Shown here: piece by piece, positions 27,828-36,847 of the stretch
Position numbering within the stretch: position 1 is the stretch's first letter
Layout: each line of letters opens with the position of its first letter
Sequence record: SRR2962707_524
Reading direction: 5' to 3' (one strand)
Length of the DNA stretch: 37,889 nucleotides
The notes under the pieces: generated by a model
What the model was told of the DNA's origin: nothing
What the model saw: the letters and a program-made list of their open reading frames with translations, nothing else
The model's database searches: none
Translations under genes and position numbers: made by a program

Positions 27828-28558
27828 GCGATGATGCCATCAAGCGGGCGCTGATAACCGGGGCAAGCGGTGCGCTCGGTGCCGGGATTGCCCGCAATCT
27901 TGCCGGAGAAGGATTTCATGTGATTCTTCATGCCGGCCGGCACCCGGAAAACACCGAACGGCTCGCCCGCGAATTGAATGCAAACGGGGCTTCAGCAGAA
28001 ACCGTGACTTTCGATGTCTGTGATACGGATGCATCCCGTAACATCCTGTTGGCGCTTGTGGAAGCGTCACCCATCCAGGTGCTGGTCAGCAATGCCGGTG
28101 TGCATATCGACGGTCCCATGGCAGGTATGACGGCTGAAGACTGGCAGTTGCCGATCGATGTGACGCTCAACGGGTTTTTCAATGTTGCCCGGCCATTGCT
28201 GATGCCCATGATCCGCTCACGTTGGGGGCGCATCATCGCAATATCCTCGGTCTCGGGGATTCTCGGCAACAAGGGCCAGAGCAATTATGCCGCGGCAAAA
28301 TCAGGACTGCATGGCGCGGTTAAATCCCTGTCGCGCGAAATCGCCGCGAAGGGGGTTACGGTCAATGCGGTCGCCCCGGGGATACTCGAAAACACGGTCG
28401 CCGACGGTGAAATCGATGCTGCACAGCTGAAATCTTATGTCCCCATGCGGCGTGCGGGCAGGATTTCAGAGGTTGCGGATGTGGTGTCGTTTCTGGCTTC
28501 CGATAAGGCATCCTACCTTACGGGCCAGATCGTTGCCGTGGACGGTGGCCTCACCTAA
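27824..28558 (+). CDS. fabG: 3-oxoacyl-ACP reductase (SDR)
   Basis: TGASGALG, SNAG, SSVSG..GN.GQSNYAAAKSG (YxxxK), VNAVAPG. Confidence 0.92.
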   Translation: MSDDAIKRALITGASGALGAGIARNLAGEGFHVILHAGRHPENTERLARELNANGASAETVTFDVCDTDASRNILLALVEASPIQVLVSNAGVHIDGPMAGMTAEDWQLPIDVTLNGFFNVARPLLMPMIRSRWGRIIAISSVSGILGNKGQSNYAAAKSGLHGAVKSLSREIAAKGVTVNAVAPGILENTVADGEIDAAQLKSYVPMRRAGRISEVADVVSFLASDKASYLTGQIVAVDGGLT

Positions 28559-28616
28559 CACTCCCTCTGCACGAATAGATATCGGCACAGGCGTGTTTGC
28601 GACTTATGATGGATTC

Positions 28617-29402
28617 ATGGATCTTCACCTCGACCACAATACAGACATTGGGCATACAGGGAGCGTAGCAGCTGATCATGTTGCGATCGTGATCCCTGCC
28701 TATAACGAAGGTGCGACAATCGGCGCCATTGCCCGGGCGGCTCTTTTGCAGACGCCGAACGTGATTATCGTCAATGACGGTTCAACCGATGATACCGTAT
28801 CGGTCCTCCAGGGCATGGCGGTCCGGCGGATCGATCTTCCGGTCAATCAGGGCAAGTCAGGCGCACTGCTGCGTGGTTTTCAGGAGGCGATGAAGCTGCC
28901 CGGTGTCGAAGCTGTCGTGACACTGGATGGCGATGGGCAGCACCGCGTTGAAGACTTTCCCGAAATCGTCAGGACAGGACGGCTTTATTCCCGGACAATT
29001 GTCGTCGGATCGCGCCTTTGGGATGCCGACAAGTTTCCGATCTCTCGTCTGCGTGCCAACAGATTTGCGAACTTCTGGATTTCATGGGCGGCTGGGCAGC
29101 CGATCGACGACAGCCAAAGCGGTTTTCGGTTTTATCCACTGTCGGTGTTGCGGATGCTTGATCTCGATGCCTGTGCCAGGCGCGGCTTCGTTCTGGAAAG
29201 CGAACTTCTCATTCTTGCGTCCAGGGCCGGTGCGGATATTCGAAGTGTCCGCATTCCGGCAATATATAATGACCGTCTCATGCGCCCGAGCCACTTTCGA
29301 CCCGTTGTCGACATCGCGCGCATCGTGCTGATGGTGGCATGGAAGCTGGCCATCCGCGGCTTGGACATTCCAGGTCTCATACGGTCAAAGCAAAAACGCT
29401 GA
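28617..29402 (+). CDS. Glycosyltransferase family 2
   Basis: VIPAYNE, VNDGSTD, NQGKSGAL, LDGDGQH, DSQSGFRFYP, SHFRPVVD. Start is approximate. Confidence 0.9.
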   Translation: MDLHLDHNTDIGHTGSVAADHVAIVIPAYNEGATIGAIARAALLQTPNVIIVNDGSTDDTVSVLQGMAVRRIDLPVNQGKSGALLRGFQEAMKLPGVEAVVTLDGDGQHRVEDFPEIVRTGRLYSRTIVVGSRLWDADKFPISRLRANRFANFWISWAAGQPIDDSQSGFRFYPLSVLRMLDLDACARRGFVLESELLILASRAGADIRSVRIPAIYNDRLMRPSHFRPVVDIARIVLMVAWKLAIRGLDIPGLIRSKQKR

Positions 29403-29483
29403 CTCTGGAAACCCACTCAAACGACCACGTCTGGAATCAGAGCCTGCGTAATCGCAATGTCGCGCCGTCGTCCCTGTTCCGAG

Positions 29484-30794
29484 CTACAGCAGACCCGGCA
29501 GGAAAGTTGCGATCGGCGGGAACCAGTAGATGATCAGCATCGCCAGCAGGAAGATGCCGACGATCGGCAGGCTTGATGCGAAAATGACGCGCAGGTCGAC
29601 GTCGGGGGCAACGCCCTTGAATGCAAACATGGCGTAGCCGAAGGGTGGCGTTATACCGCCGATCACGACATTCAGAAGCATCAGCATCCAGAACCACATG
29701 GGCTCGAACTGCAGTGCCTCGACCACCGGCAGGTAGATCGGAATGACGACGAGCATCAGGGCGACCTGATCAATGAACATGCAGAAGATGAACACCACGG
29801 CCATCATCAGCAACAGGATCAGCCCCGGTGACAATTCGGAATTCAGGACCAGCGACGCGAGCTTGCTGGTTGCGCCGCTAAAGGCGAGCAGCTGACTGAA
29901 CATCGTCGATGTCGCCATGATGATCAGGATCATGCTGGCGATGATCGCGGCCTGACCCAGACTGTCCCAGACCATTTTCAGCGACAGCTTGCGGAATATC
30001 GCGGCCGTGACGAGCGCGCCGACAACGCCGGTGGCGGCGGACTCCGACGGGGTGGCAACGCCTGTCAAAATGAACCCCATGACGGATGCAATGATGATCA
30101 GGAACGGGGCGCATCTCAGGATCTGTATCAGAGCGCTTGAGTCTTTATTCTTCGGGGCATCCGTTGCGGCGGCGCTGGGGGCAAGGGACGGGTTCAGCAC
30201 GCAACGGCCCAGGGCATACCCCAGACACAGGACCGCAATCAGCAGGCCTGGCAGGATGCCGGCGATCAGCAGACCGGCGACGGAGGCATTCGCCAGGGTG
30301 GCGATGATGATGGCCAGCACACTCGGCGGAATGATCGGCGCCAGGCTGGCGCCGGCGAGGATCACGCCGATGGACAGTTTGGAATCGTAGCCACGTTCGG
30401 CCATGGCAGGATAAACCGTGCGGCCCATCATTGCCGCGACGGCCATGTTGGAACCGGAGAGAGCGCCGAATACGGTTGCCAGCGACATGGCCAGAACATA
30501 TTGGCGGCCCTTGACCCGGCCGATCAGGCTGTCCACCGCATCGAACAGCACACCCGTCGAGCCGGACCGGAAAAGAATCTCGCCCATCAGGACGAATAGC
30601 GGGATCGCCGTCAGGGTGCCGGTGGTCGTCGTGTCGAAAACTGAATTGACGACCATGCCGAACGCGTTCGGCCCAAGGAAGGTGACAACACCACCGACAT
30701 TGATCACAAGAAACGCCAGAAAGATCGGCATGCCGGAAAAGAACAATCCCAGCAGCAAACCTGCAGCAACCAGTAGCGTCGCCCACCATTCCAT
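29484..30794 (-). CDS. dctM: TRAP transporter large permease
   Basis: AIPLFVLMGEI, LAPIIPPS, G.ATPSESAA, ITPPFG. Confidence 0.93.
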   Translation of the reverse strand: MEWWATLLVAAGLLLGLFFSGMPIFLAFLVINVGGVVTFLGPNAFGMVVNSVFDTTTTGTLTAIPLFVLMGEILFRSGSTGVLFDAVDSLIGRVKGRQYVLAMSLATVFGALSGSNMAVAAMMGRTVYPAMAERGYDSKLSIGVILAGASLAPIIPPSVLAIIIATLANASVAGLLIAGILPGLLIAVLCLGYALGRCVLNPSLAPSAAATDAPKNKDSSALIQILRCAPFLIIIASVMGFILTGVATPSESAATGVVGALVTAAIFRKLSLKMVWDSLGQAAIIASMILIIMATSTMFSQLLAFSGATSKLASLVLNSELSPGLILLLMMAVVFIFCMFIDQVALMLVVIPIYLPVVEALQFEPMWFWMLMLLNVVIGGITPPFGYAMFAFKGVAPDVDLRVIFASSLPIVGIFLLAMLIIYWFPPIATFLPGLL

Positions 30795-30797
30795 GTA

Positions 30798-31337
30798 TCA
30801 GGTCTCCGCCATGGGGGTCGTGTCGTCGTGTTTCGGCAAAGTTTTGCCGGTGATCGCAAGACGCAGGTATTCAATGGCCGACAGGGCGAAACCGATGCCG
30901 ATCCAGACGGATATCCACCATTTCGGCACCGGATGTGTGGCCAGCATCTGGATGTTGCGGAGAAACTGCCGGAGCGTTTCACCGGAGGCGAAGTAGGTCA
31001 TCGCTGCACAGGCCAGAAATCCGAGAATATATATGAGACGCATGACGAGCGCGCGGCGTTGCTCGGGCAGGGCGTCGACGACAACGGTGACGGCGACCTG
31101 GCTGCCCGTTGCGGTGACGTAGGGCATCATGGTGAAGACCACCACGCACAGAAGATACGTCACTAGATCAGATGAAAAGGAGGTCGGCGCATCAAACAGA
31201 TATCTGCTGACCACCTCGTAGCTGTAGGTCAGAACGATGCTTGCCAGTGCAAGCTTCGACAGAATGAAGCCGGCGGTACGCAGGAATTCGGACATCCTGA
31301 GCACCGCCGACCATATATGTATCGCGAGCGAGGTCAT
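30798..31337 (-). CDS. dctQ: TRAP transporter small permease
   Basis: Four TM helices, YEVVSRYLFDAPT. Located between dctP and dctM. Confidence 0.88.
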   Translation of the reverse strand: MTSLAIHIWSAVLRMSEFLRTAGFILSKLALASIVLTYSYEVVSRYLFDAPTSFSSDLVTYLLCVVVFTMMPYVTATGSQVAVTVVVDALPEQRRALVMRLIYILGFLACAAMTYFASGETLRQFLRNIQMLATHPVPKWWISVWIGIGFALSAIEYLRLAITGKTLPKHDDTTPMAET

Positions 31338-31382
31338 CGGCAAAAGCCGCCTTGGCGTGATGCGGCCATTACCAGACCATCC

Positions 31383-32438
31383 TTACTCGGTCAGTCCCGC
31401 CTTGAGGGCGAGATCATGCAGACCTTTGGCAGCATCGCCGCAGCAACCGGTTCCAAGTTCCCAGATGCTGCTGATGAACGCGCTTTGCACCTTATCGGCC
31501 ATCGCCGGTGAAAGCTGTTCGACTTTGACGCCCAGCTTATCGAGGGCGGCATCTTCTTCAGCCTGAATCTGGTTGCCGATCCAGGGCATTTCGAGCTCGG
31601 TCAGTTTGCCGGCTTCAAGCAGCACCGACTTTTCCTTGTCGCTCAGGCTGTTCCATTTTGCGAGGTTGATGAACACGGGTTGCGTCGCGGCGCCGAAAGT
31701 CGGGCGAAGACGATAGTTCGCAACTTCATAATGTTTCATCGAGACCATGCCGGCGGCCGGCCAGCCTGCACCTTCGACAATGCCTTTCTGCAGGGCAGAG
31801 TAAATCTGCGAGCCCGGCAAAACGACGGGTTCCGCGCCCAGCGCCCGGATCACGCCATGATAGGTCGGGGTGCCGCGAACCTTGCGGCCAGCCAGATCGC
31901 CGGCGTCGGAGAGCGGCTCCTTGGTGAACAGGTGATAGCCGTACATGCTGACGGACATCATCGCCACCATCTTCAGGCCATGCTTGTCCTGATAGAACTT
32001 GTCGACGTAGTCCCAGACGCCGGAATCACGGCGGGCAATCGGGTCGACCTTGATGGCATCGACGGTCAGTGCAAGCCCGCCTTCACCGGCATGGAAAACA
32101 GGGTGGGTATAGAGGGCATCAAAGACGCCCGAAGAAACAGGCTGCAGCTGCTCGAAAATCGGAACGACTTCCGGGCCGCTGATCACGAAGGTCACGGTGT
32201 CGCCGCCGATCTTCTTGACGTTTTCCATGTAGCGTTCGAGCACGGCGTACGTTGGCTTCTGGGTGGAATTGAAGCTGGAAAGAATTTTCAGCTCGGCTGC
32301 CGATGCGGGATCGGCAGGCAGCAGGGTGCCCCATGCCGTCACGGCTGCGAGGGCGCAGGCGTGGATGATTTTAGACGACCATGTGGTTTTGAGCCTCATG
32401 AGAGATGACTGTAGTGGGTTTCTGGAGACGTGAAACAT
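31383..32438 (-). CDS. dctP: TRAP transporter substrate-binding protein (DctP family)
   Basis: Signal peptide, SGPEVVP.FEQL, DLAGRKVRG, LGAEPV.LP..QIYSALQKGIVEG. RBS AAGGAGG precedes ATG 32438. Confidence 0.9.
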   Translation of the reverse strand: MFHVSRNPLQSSLMRLKTTWSSKIIHACALAAVTAWGTLLPADPASAAELKILSSFNSTQKPTYAVLERYMENVKKIGGDTVTFVISGPEVVPIFEQLQPVSSGVFDALYTHPVFHAGEGGLALTVDAIKVDPIARRDSGVWDYVDKFYQDKHGLKMVAMMSVSMYGYHLFTKEPLSDAGDLAGRKVRGTPTYHGVIRALGAEPVVLPGSQIYSALQKGIVEGAGWPAAGMVSMKHYEVANYRLRPTFGAATQPVFINLAKWNSLSDKEKSVLLEAGKLTELEMPWIGNQIQAEEDAALDKLGVKVEQLSPAMADKVQSAFISSIWELGTGCCGDAAKGLHDLALKAGLTE

Positions 32439-32536
32439 CCAATCCTCCTTGTTGTTAATAAGCCTAATAAATAGGCATGTGCTTAGGCCTGTGTGCATTT
32501 ATTGTGCATAATTGCGCAAAAAATACTTGATTCGGG

Positions 32537-32563
32537 CCTATAAGTAAGTAACTTATTACTTAC
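32537..32563. promoter_or_regulatory. Palindromic operator copy 1 (dctP/amidase divergent promoter)
   Basis: CCTATAAGTAAGTAACTTATTACTTAC, with perfect 8-4-8 dyad GTAAGTAA-CTTA-TTACTTAC at 32544-32563. Confidence 0.78.
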
Positions 32564-32647
32564 TAGCGAGAAGCGTGCCAGTTTTGACGGGGCCGGTTTG
32601 ATTCCCTGAATGGCGTGTTCGCAGACGAAAACAGAAGGTCCGGCAGT

Positions 32648-33904
32648 ATGACGCAACGGCGTAACGGTTTCAGTTTGGAAGATCATCTGGCAGCCCGCGC
32701 CAGGTGGGAGCCGCTGCTGGATGCCTGGGCCCATGTCGAGGATGCCGGTGTCCTCCGGGAAGCCGATCATCTGAGCGGACCGCTTGCCGGTGTGCCGTTC
32801 GGTATCAAGGACGTCATTGATGTAGAGGGACAACCGTCCCGCTATGGCAGTGAGGCTTTTGAAGACGCTCAACCGTCGGAAACCGAATCGCCGGTCGTCA
32901 CGGCGCTCAAGGACGCCGGGGCGATACCTGTCGGCAAGACCCGAAGCACCGAGTTCGCCTTCATCGATCCGACAACCACACGAAACCCGTATGATCCGGA
33001 ACGCAGCCCCGGTGGCTCAAGCAGTGGTTCAGGTGCCGTCGTCGGCGCCGGGGTCGTACCGTTTGCGCTGGGGACACAGACCGCCGGTTCGCTGTGCCGG
33101 CCGGCAACCTATTGCGGGGCATATTCCTATAAGCCCGGGCTGGGTGTTCTGCCCAGGGACGGCATGTCGCCACTGTCGCCGAGCTTCGATGCCATTGGTG
33201 TGATCGCTCAGTCGGCGGATTGGCTTGAAAAAATCTACGACGTGTTGTCTGGCGCATTCAATATTCCGCGCACCGATAAGGTGACGGGGAAGCCGCTCAC
33301 GATCGGTTTCGTCAATGTGCCGGGGCAGCACCCCACGCCTGAGATGATGACAATGATGTCGGAAACCAGGAACCAGTTTGCGGGTCTTGGCCATGTCATC
33401 CAGGACGTTGAAACGCCTGTGCCATTTGATGACATCATTCACCAGCACAGGATTATCATGCTGTATGAGATGGCGAGGGAGCTTTGTCCTTTTGTGCTCT
33501 CCAGGGAAGCACGCCTGCAGCCCCAGTTCAGAACGGCACTTGCCGAAGGTCAGAACATTTCGATGGCAGATGTGGACAAGGCGAGGAAGTGGTTGCGTCT
33601 GGCGCACGACAATTTCTGGTTTGCGATGTCTGGCTACGATTTGTTGATGGCGTATCCGGTGCCGGGGGCGGCCCCGATGGGGCTGACGACAACGGGGGAT
33701 CAGTCTTATCTGACGCCTTGGACGGCGATGGGCGGGCCGCTTGTGTCTGCGCCCACCCGATTGGATGGTGACGGCATGCCGCTGGGCATCCTGCTGGCAG
33801 CACCACCGGGTCAGGATTCGTATCTGATGGGTGAAGCCATGCGCCTAGCCGGTCATCTCCCCGAAATCGCAACGCCGGCCTTACCCGTACAAGTTACGGC
33901 TTAA
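32648..33904 (+). CDS. Amidase signature family enzyme
   Basis: GPLAGVPFGIKD (catalytic Lys), GKTRSTEFA, SPGGSSSGS, GTQTAGSLCRPA (nucleophile Ser). Confidence 0.92.
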   Translation: MTQRRNGFSLEDHLAARARWEPLLDAWAHVEDAGVLREADHLSGPLAGVPFGIKDVIDVEGQPSRYGSEAFEDAQPSETESPVVTALKDAGAIPVGKTRSTEFAFIDPTTTRNPYDPERSPGGSSSGSGAVVGAGVVPFALGTQTAGSLCRPATYCGAYSYKPGLGVLPRDGMSPLSPSFDAIGVIAQSADWLEKIYDVLSGAFNIPRTDKVTGKPLTIGFVNVPGQHPTPEMMTMMSETRNQFAGLGHVIQDVETPVPFDDIIHQHRIIMLYEMARELCPFVLSREARLQPQFRTALAEGQNISMADVDKARKWLRLAHDNFWFAMSGYDLLMAYPVPGAAPMGLTTTGDQSYLTPWTAMGGPLVSAPTRLDGDGMPLGILLAAPPGQDSYLMGEAMRLAGHLPEIATPALPVQVTA

Positions 33905-34394
33905 GCGCGATCACGGCATCCACTTCGACGGCAGCATTGGCCGGCAGACCGGAAACGCCGACGGCGGTGCGGGCATGACGACCGCTGTCACCGAAGAGAT
34001 TAATGAACAGGTCCGATGCGCCGTTGATCACCGCCGGGGACTGATCGAACCCAGACAAGCAATTTACGAAACCGCCGACGCGGACGATCGTGCGGACACG
34101 GCCCAGATCGCCGCCGCACGCCGCGCGAAGATGAAACAGCAGATTGAGCCCACAGATTTCGGCGGCCTTGCGCCCGGTTTCCAGATCCTGAACCTCGAGC
34201 CCGTCGGGGGCGGTCTGTCCGGGGGCAAGGACGGGCCCCGCGTAGGGAACGTCACCGTTCCATTCGCAAATCTGTCCGGCCATGAAAATAAGCGTGCCGT
34301 CCTGATGATAGGGCAGAAAGTTGCCACGGGGGGTGCAGCGCTCAGGCAGGCTCAGGCCCAGTTCTGCGAGACGTGCTTCGAATTGATCTGCCAT
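33894..34394 (-). CDS. Rid (YjgF/YER057c/UK114) family protein
   Basis: RL.ELGL.LP, AGQI, GFVN...FDQSP.VINGASDL...LFG..GRHARTAVGV..LP....VEVD. RBS AGGAGG. Confidence 0.9.
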   Translation of the reverse strand: MADQFEARLAELGLSLPERCTPRGNFLPYHQDGTLIFMAGQICEWNGDVPYAGPVLAPGQTAPDGLEVQDLETGRKAAEICGLNLLFHLRAACGGDLGRVRTIVRVGGFVNCLSGFDQSPAVINGASDLFINLFGDSGRHARTAVGVSGLPANAAVEVDAVIALKP

Positions 34395-34404
34395 GACACC
34401 TCCT

Positions 34405-34431
34405 GTAAGTAATAATCTACTTACTTATAGG
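34405..34431. promoter_or_regulatory. Palindromic operator copy 2 (upstream of the rid gene)
   Basis: GTAAGTAATAATCTACTTACTTATAGG, whose reverse complement matches 32537-32563 at 25 of 27 positions. Confidence 0.78.
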
Positions 34432-34450
34432 CGAAGGGCCGTTTTGGCAA

Positions 34451-35104
34451 TCAGGAATGGCCGCTGTCGTCGACGCCGAGTGTCCGCAGAACCATTTCCT
34501 CAACGTGAATACGCCGTGCGTGAAGCCAGTCTTCATTTCCGAGATCGGTCCGGAACACGGCGGACAAGGTGTGTACGTTGGCAAGGTGATGAGAGCTGAG
34601 CGCGACAATCGAAATATACAGCTGCAGGCCGTCTACATCATGGCGGAAGACCCCCGCTGATACGCCCCGCGCAATCACGTCGTCGATCTGGCGGATCAGC
34701 GGCGAGGACATTTCCGAGATGGCTTCCGAGCGGCGGATGAACTTGCCGCCGACCAGATTCTCGTTGCGGGCGATGTCGATGAACAGCCGGTTCGCCGAGA
34801 TGTGAGCCCAGGTGAAGCGGGTCAGCCTGAGAATGGCATCGAGCGGCGACAGCGTCTCGAGGTCGAGGCCATGTTCGCGCTGACGGATGTCGCGATAAAC
34901 ATTTTCCAGCACTTCCAGATACAGGTTCTCCTTGCTCTGGAAGTAGTGGTACAGCATCCGCATGTTACAGCCGGCGTTCCGGACAATGCGTTCGACCCGT
35001 GCGCCGTCAAATCCGTAGCGGGCAAACTCGTCCGATGCGGCTTCCAACAGGGCGCCGCGTGTCTGTTCCGGATTTCGTGTCCGTGCCTTCTTGGCCACAC
35101 TCAA
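34451..35104 (-). CDS. TetR-family regulator (NicS/RutR-like)
   Basis: RNPEQTR..LLEAA..EFARYGFDGARVERI...AGCNMRMLYHYFQSKENLYLEVLE. C-terminal G...GVFR.DVD..QLYISI. TTG start. Confidence 0.92.
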   Translation of the reverse strand: MSVAKKARTRNPEQTRGALLEAASDEFARYGFDGARVERIVRNAGCNMRMLYHYFQSKENLYLEVLENVYRDIRQREHGLDLETLSPLDAILRLTRFTWAHISANRLFIDIARNENLVGGKFIRRSEAISEMSSPLIRQIDDVIARGVSAGVFRHDVDGLQLYISIVALSSHHLANVHTLSAVFRTDLGNEDWLHARRIHVEEMVLRTLGVDDSGHS

Positions 35105-35196
35105 TGTCCTTCGCCGTCACTGCAGGTCGGGATATTGGGCCGAGTTGAGGGTAAAACACAAGCAGGGGTGTTTTAGATAAAGTCGTGTTGAGATAT

Positions 35197-35802
35197 TCAA
35201 TTCTCGAATGCAGATGGGTATGTTCCACCATCATGTTTGAAAGCACGAATGGCCTTGATGAACCAGCTTTCAAATTTTTCTACGGACATTGCTGTCGGGG
35301 AATGGATTACTCCAAAATGATATTGCGACCATGTAAAGGGTATGTCCCCCGGATAGCCGTCATTCATTGAAAAGTATACCATAGGATTCTTATAACCACT
35401 TTTGATGGCGTATAAGGTTTTTCTTCCGTTATTTGGCAAATCTATAACTTCTGTGGATTGAGCGATTGGCCTGAACTCAGCGTGATGAGAGAGAGCTTCT
35501 CTAAAGACGGATTCGGATATTTCACGAAATATAACTTCATCCGAGTTGGAATACTGTGATCCGGCAGTGCCATTGGACAGTTTGAAGTGGTGCTCTGCCT
35601 GTCTTGGGGTGTTGCACCGTTGAATACTCTCTACTTCCCCGAATAAATTCCACTGCGGCTTTGAGCCATAGAACTCATGCGCACTTTGTAGTTTATGACA
35701 TTCTACCTTTTTGCTGCGTAATTGACCCGATGTCATCTGACAGGCGGATAGGGCCGGAAGCAGAACGGCGAACATGACTATGCGTCTAAATGATAGTGTC
35801 AT
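35197..35802 (-). CDS. Hypothetical lipoprotein, AT-rich
   Basis: 201-aa ORF with a basic N-terminus, hydrophobic stretch and lipobox LSAC. Visibly lower GC than the flanks. No family recognised. Confidence 0.65.
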   Translation of the reverse strand: MTLSFRRIVMFAVLLPALSACQMTSGQLRSKKVECHKLQSAHEFYGSKPQWNLFGEVESIQRCNTPRQAEHHFKLSNGTAGSQYSNSDEVIFREISESVFREALSHHAEFRPIAQSTEVIDLPNNGRKTLYAIKSGYKNPMVYFSMNDGYPGDIPFTWSQYHFGVIHSPTAMSVEKFESWFIKAIRAFKHDGGTYPSAFEN

Positions 35803-35932
35803 TTTACCAGCATGCAGTTAATTCCTGTCATTAGGTCTTGGGGAAAGTGTAAAGTGTGTGATGCTGGTGGAGCAACTTATTAAGGCGTTCAATAAAATTA
35901 TTCGTGTTTAGATTTAAAAGCACGGGTTTTGT

Positions 35933-36703
35933 TCAGGTAAAGTCGAAGCCACGATTTTTCAGGGCGGCGCGAAGCCCATCCCGCGGCCGATTGGAAAACT
36001 TGCTGTCCACTTCGTCGGTCCATGACGCCTCGGTCGTGGTTTTGCCGATGGCATCATAGTGCGCCTTGAGATCCGCATTGTAGGGATCGAGAACGCTGAG
36101 CGACGCGGCGGCATCATATGTGTCGTGATGAACGATTCCGGAAACGGGCATGCGCGGTTTCTGCTTCGGGGCTTCTTCGGGAAAGCCGAGGCACATGCCG
36201 AACACTGCATACACCCGTTTCGGCAGATCGAGAATGTCTGCAATCTCTTCGGGCTTGTTCCGCATAGCGCCGATCATCACACCCTGAATGCCGAGCGATT
36301 CGGCCGAGACATAGGCCGCCATGCCGACAAGCGCGGCATCGATCGTCGCCACAAGGCCGAGTTCCAGATTGTTGTCATCCGCGTTGTGGCCGTTTCGCTG
36401 AAAGGCAGCTTCGATCCGTGTCAGATCGGCCAGGAAAGTGAGAAACACCGGGCAGGCGACAATATGTTTCTGGTTGCCGCACGGTACGGCGATCCGTTCC
36501 TTGATGGCCTGGTTGCGGACCACGATAACACTGTAGGCCTGCACATTCGATGAGGTCGGGGCCCTGAGCGCCGCGCCGAGAATGGCGTCCACATGCGCGT
36601 CCGTGACGGGAACATCCGCATATTTTCGGACACTTCGGCGCTGCATCAGCGTCTCGATGGTTTCGCTGGTGATGGCGGGGATGGGGCTGTCAGGAGGTGT
36701 CAT
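35933..36703 (-). CDS. Nitroreductase, NfsA/Frp-like NADPH-flavin oxidoreductase
   Basis: RRSVRKY, APTSSNVQAYSVI, IDAAL, AESLG...V.IGAMRN, L.LPK.V...FGMCLGFP, KPRMP. Confidence 0.9.
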   Translation of the reverse strand: MTPPDSPIPAITSETIETLMQRRSVRKYADVPVTDAHVDAILGAALRAPTSSNVQAYSVIVVRNQAIKERIAVPCGNQKHIVACPVFLTFLADLTRIEAAFQRNGHNADDNNLELGLVATIDAALVGMAAYVSAESLGIQGVMIGAMRNKPEEIADILDLPKRVYAVFGMCLGFPEEAPKQKPRMPVSGIVHHDTYDAAASLSVLDPYNADLKAHYDAIGKTTTEASWTDEVDSKFSNRPRDGLRAALKNRGFDFT

Positions 36704-36833
36704 CGTGGCTCTCGTTGTTCGCGTGAGGGGGGCAAACATCTTGCCTGCAGCGGGTATTTCTTTGCAATGCAGCAAAACATATTCATAAAATATATAATGT
36801 TATGGTGAAATGTGAAAATTACCTTCTGGGCGA

Positions 36834-36847
36834 TTGATGTGGATCAA
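36834..36847. promoter_or_regulatory. FNR/FixK box upstream of ccoN
   Basis: Perfect TTGAT-gtgg-ATCAA about 85 bp upstream of the ccoN start. Confidence 0.92.

Larger units (their letters stand above)
17585..29402 (+). other. Xanthomonadin/aryl polyene-type type II PKS biosynthetic gene cluster with halogenase
   Basis: Co-oriented and mostly translationally coupled set: halogenase, ACP, membrane protein, AMP ligase-dehydratase, acyltransferase, LolA-like, MMPL, KS, CLF, hotdog dehydratase, FabG, GT2. Confidence 0.85.

Noticed and set aside
35933-36703. Nitroreductase as the flavin reductase partner of the halogenase
   Set aside because: It lies 17 kb away beyond an unrelated module, and NfsA/Frp enzymes are FMN-based and widespread. 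No linking evidence.
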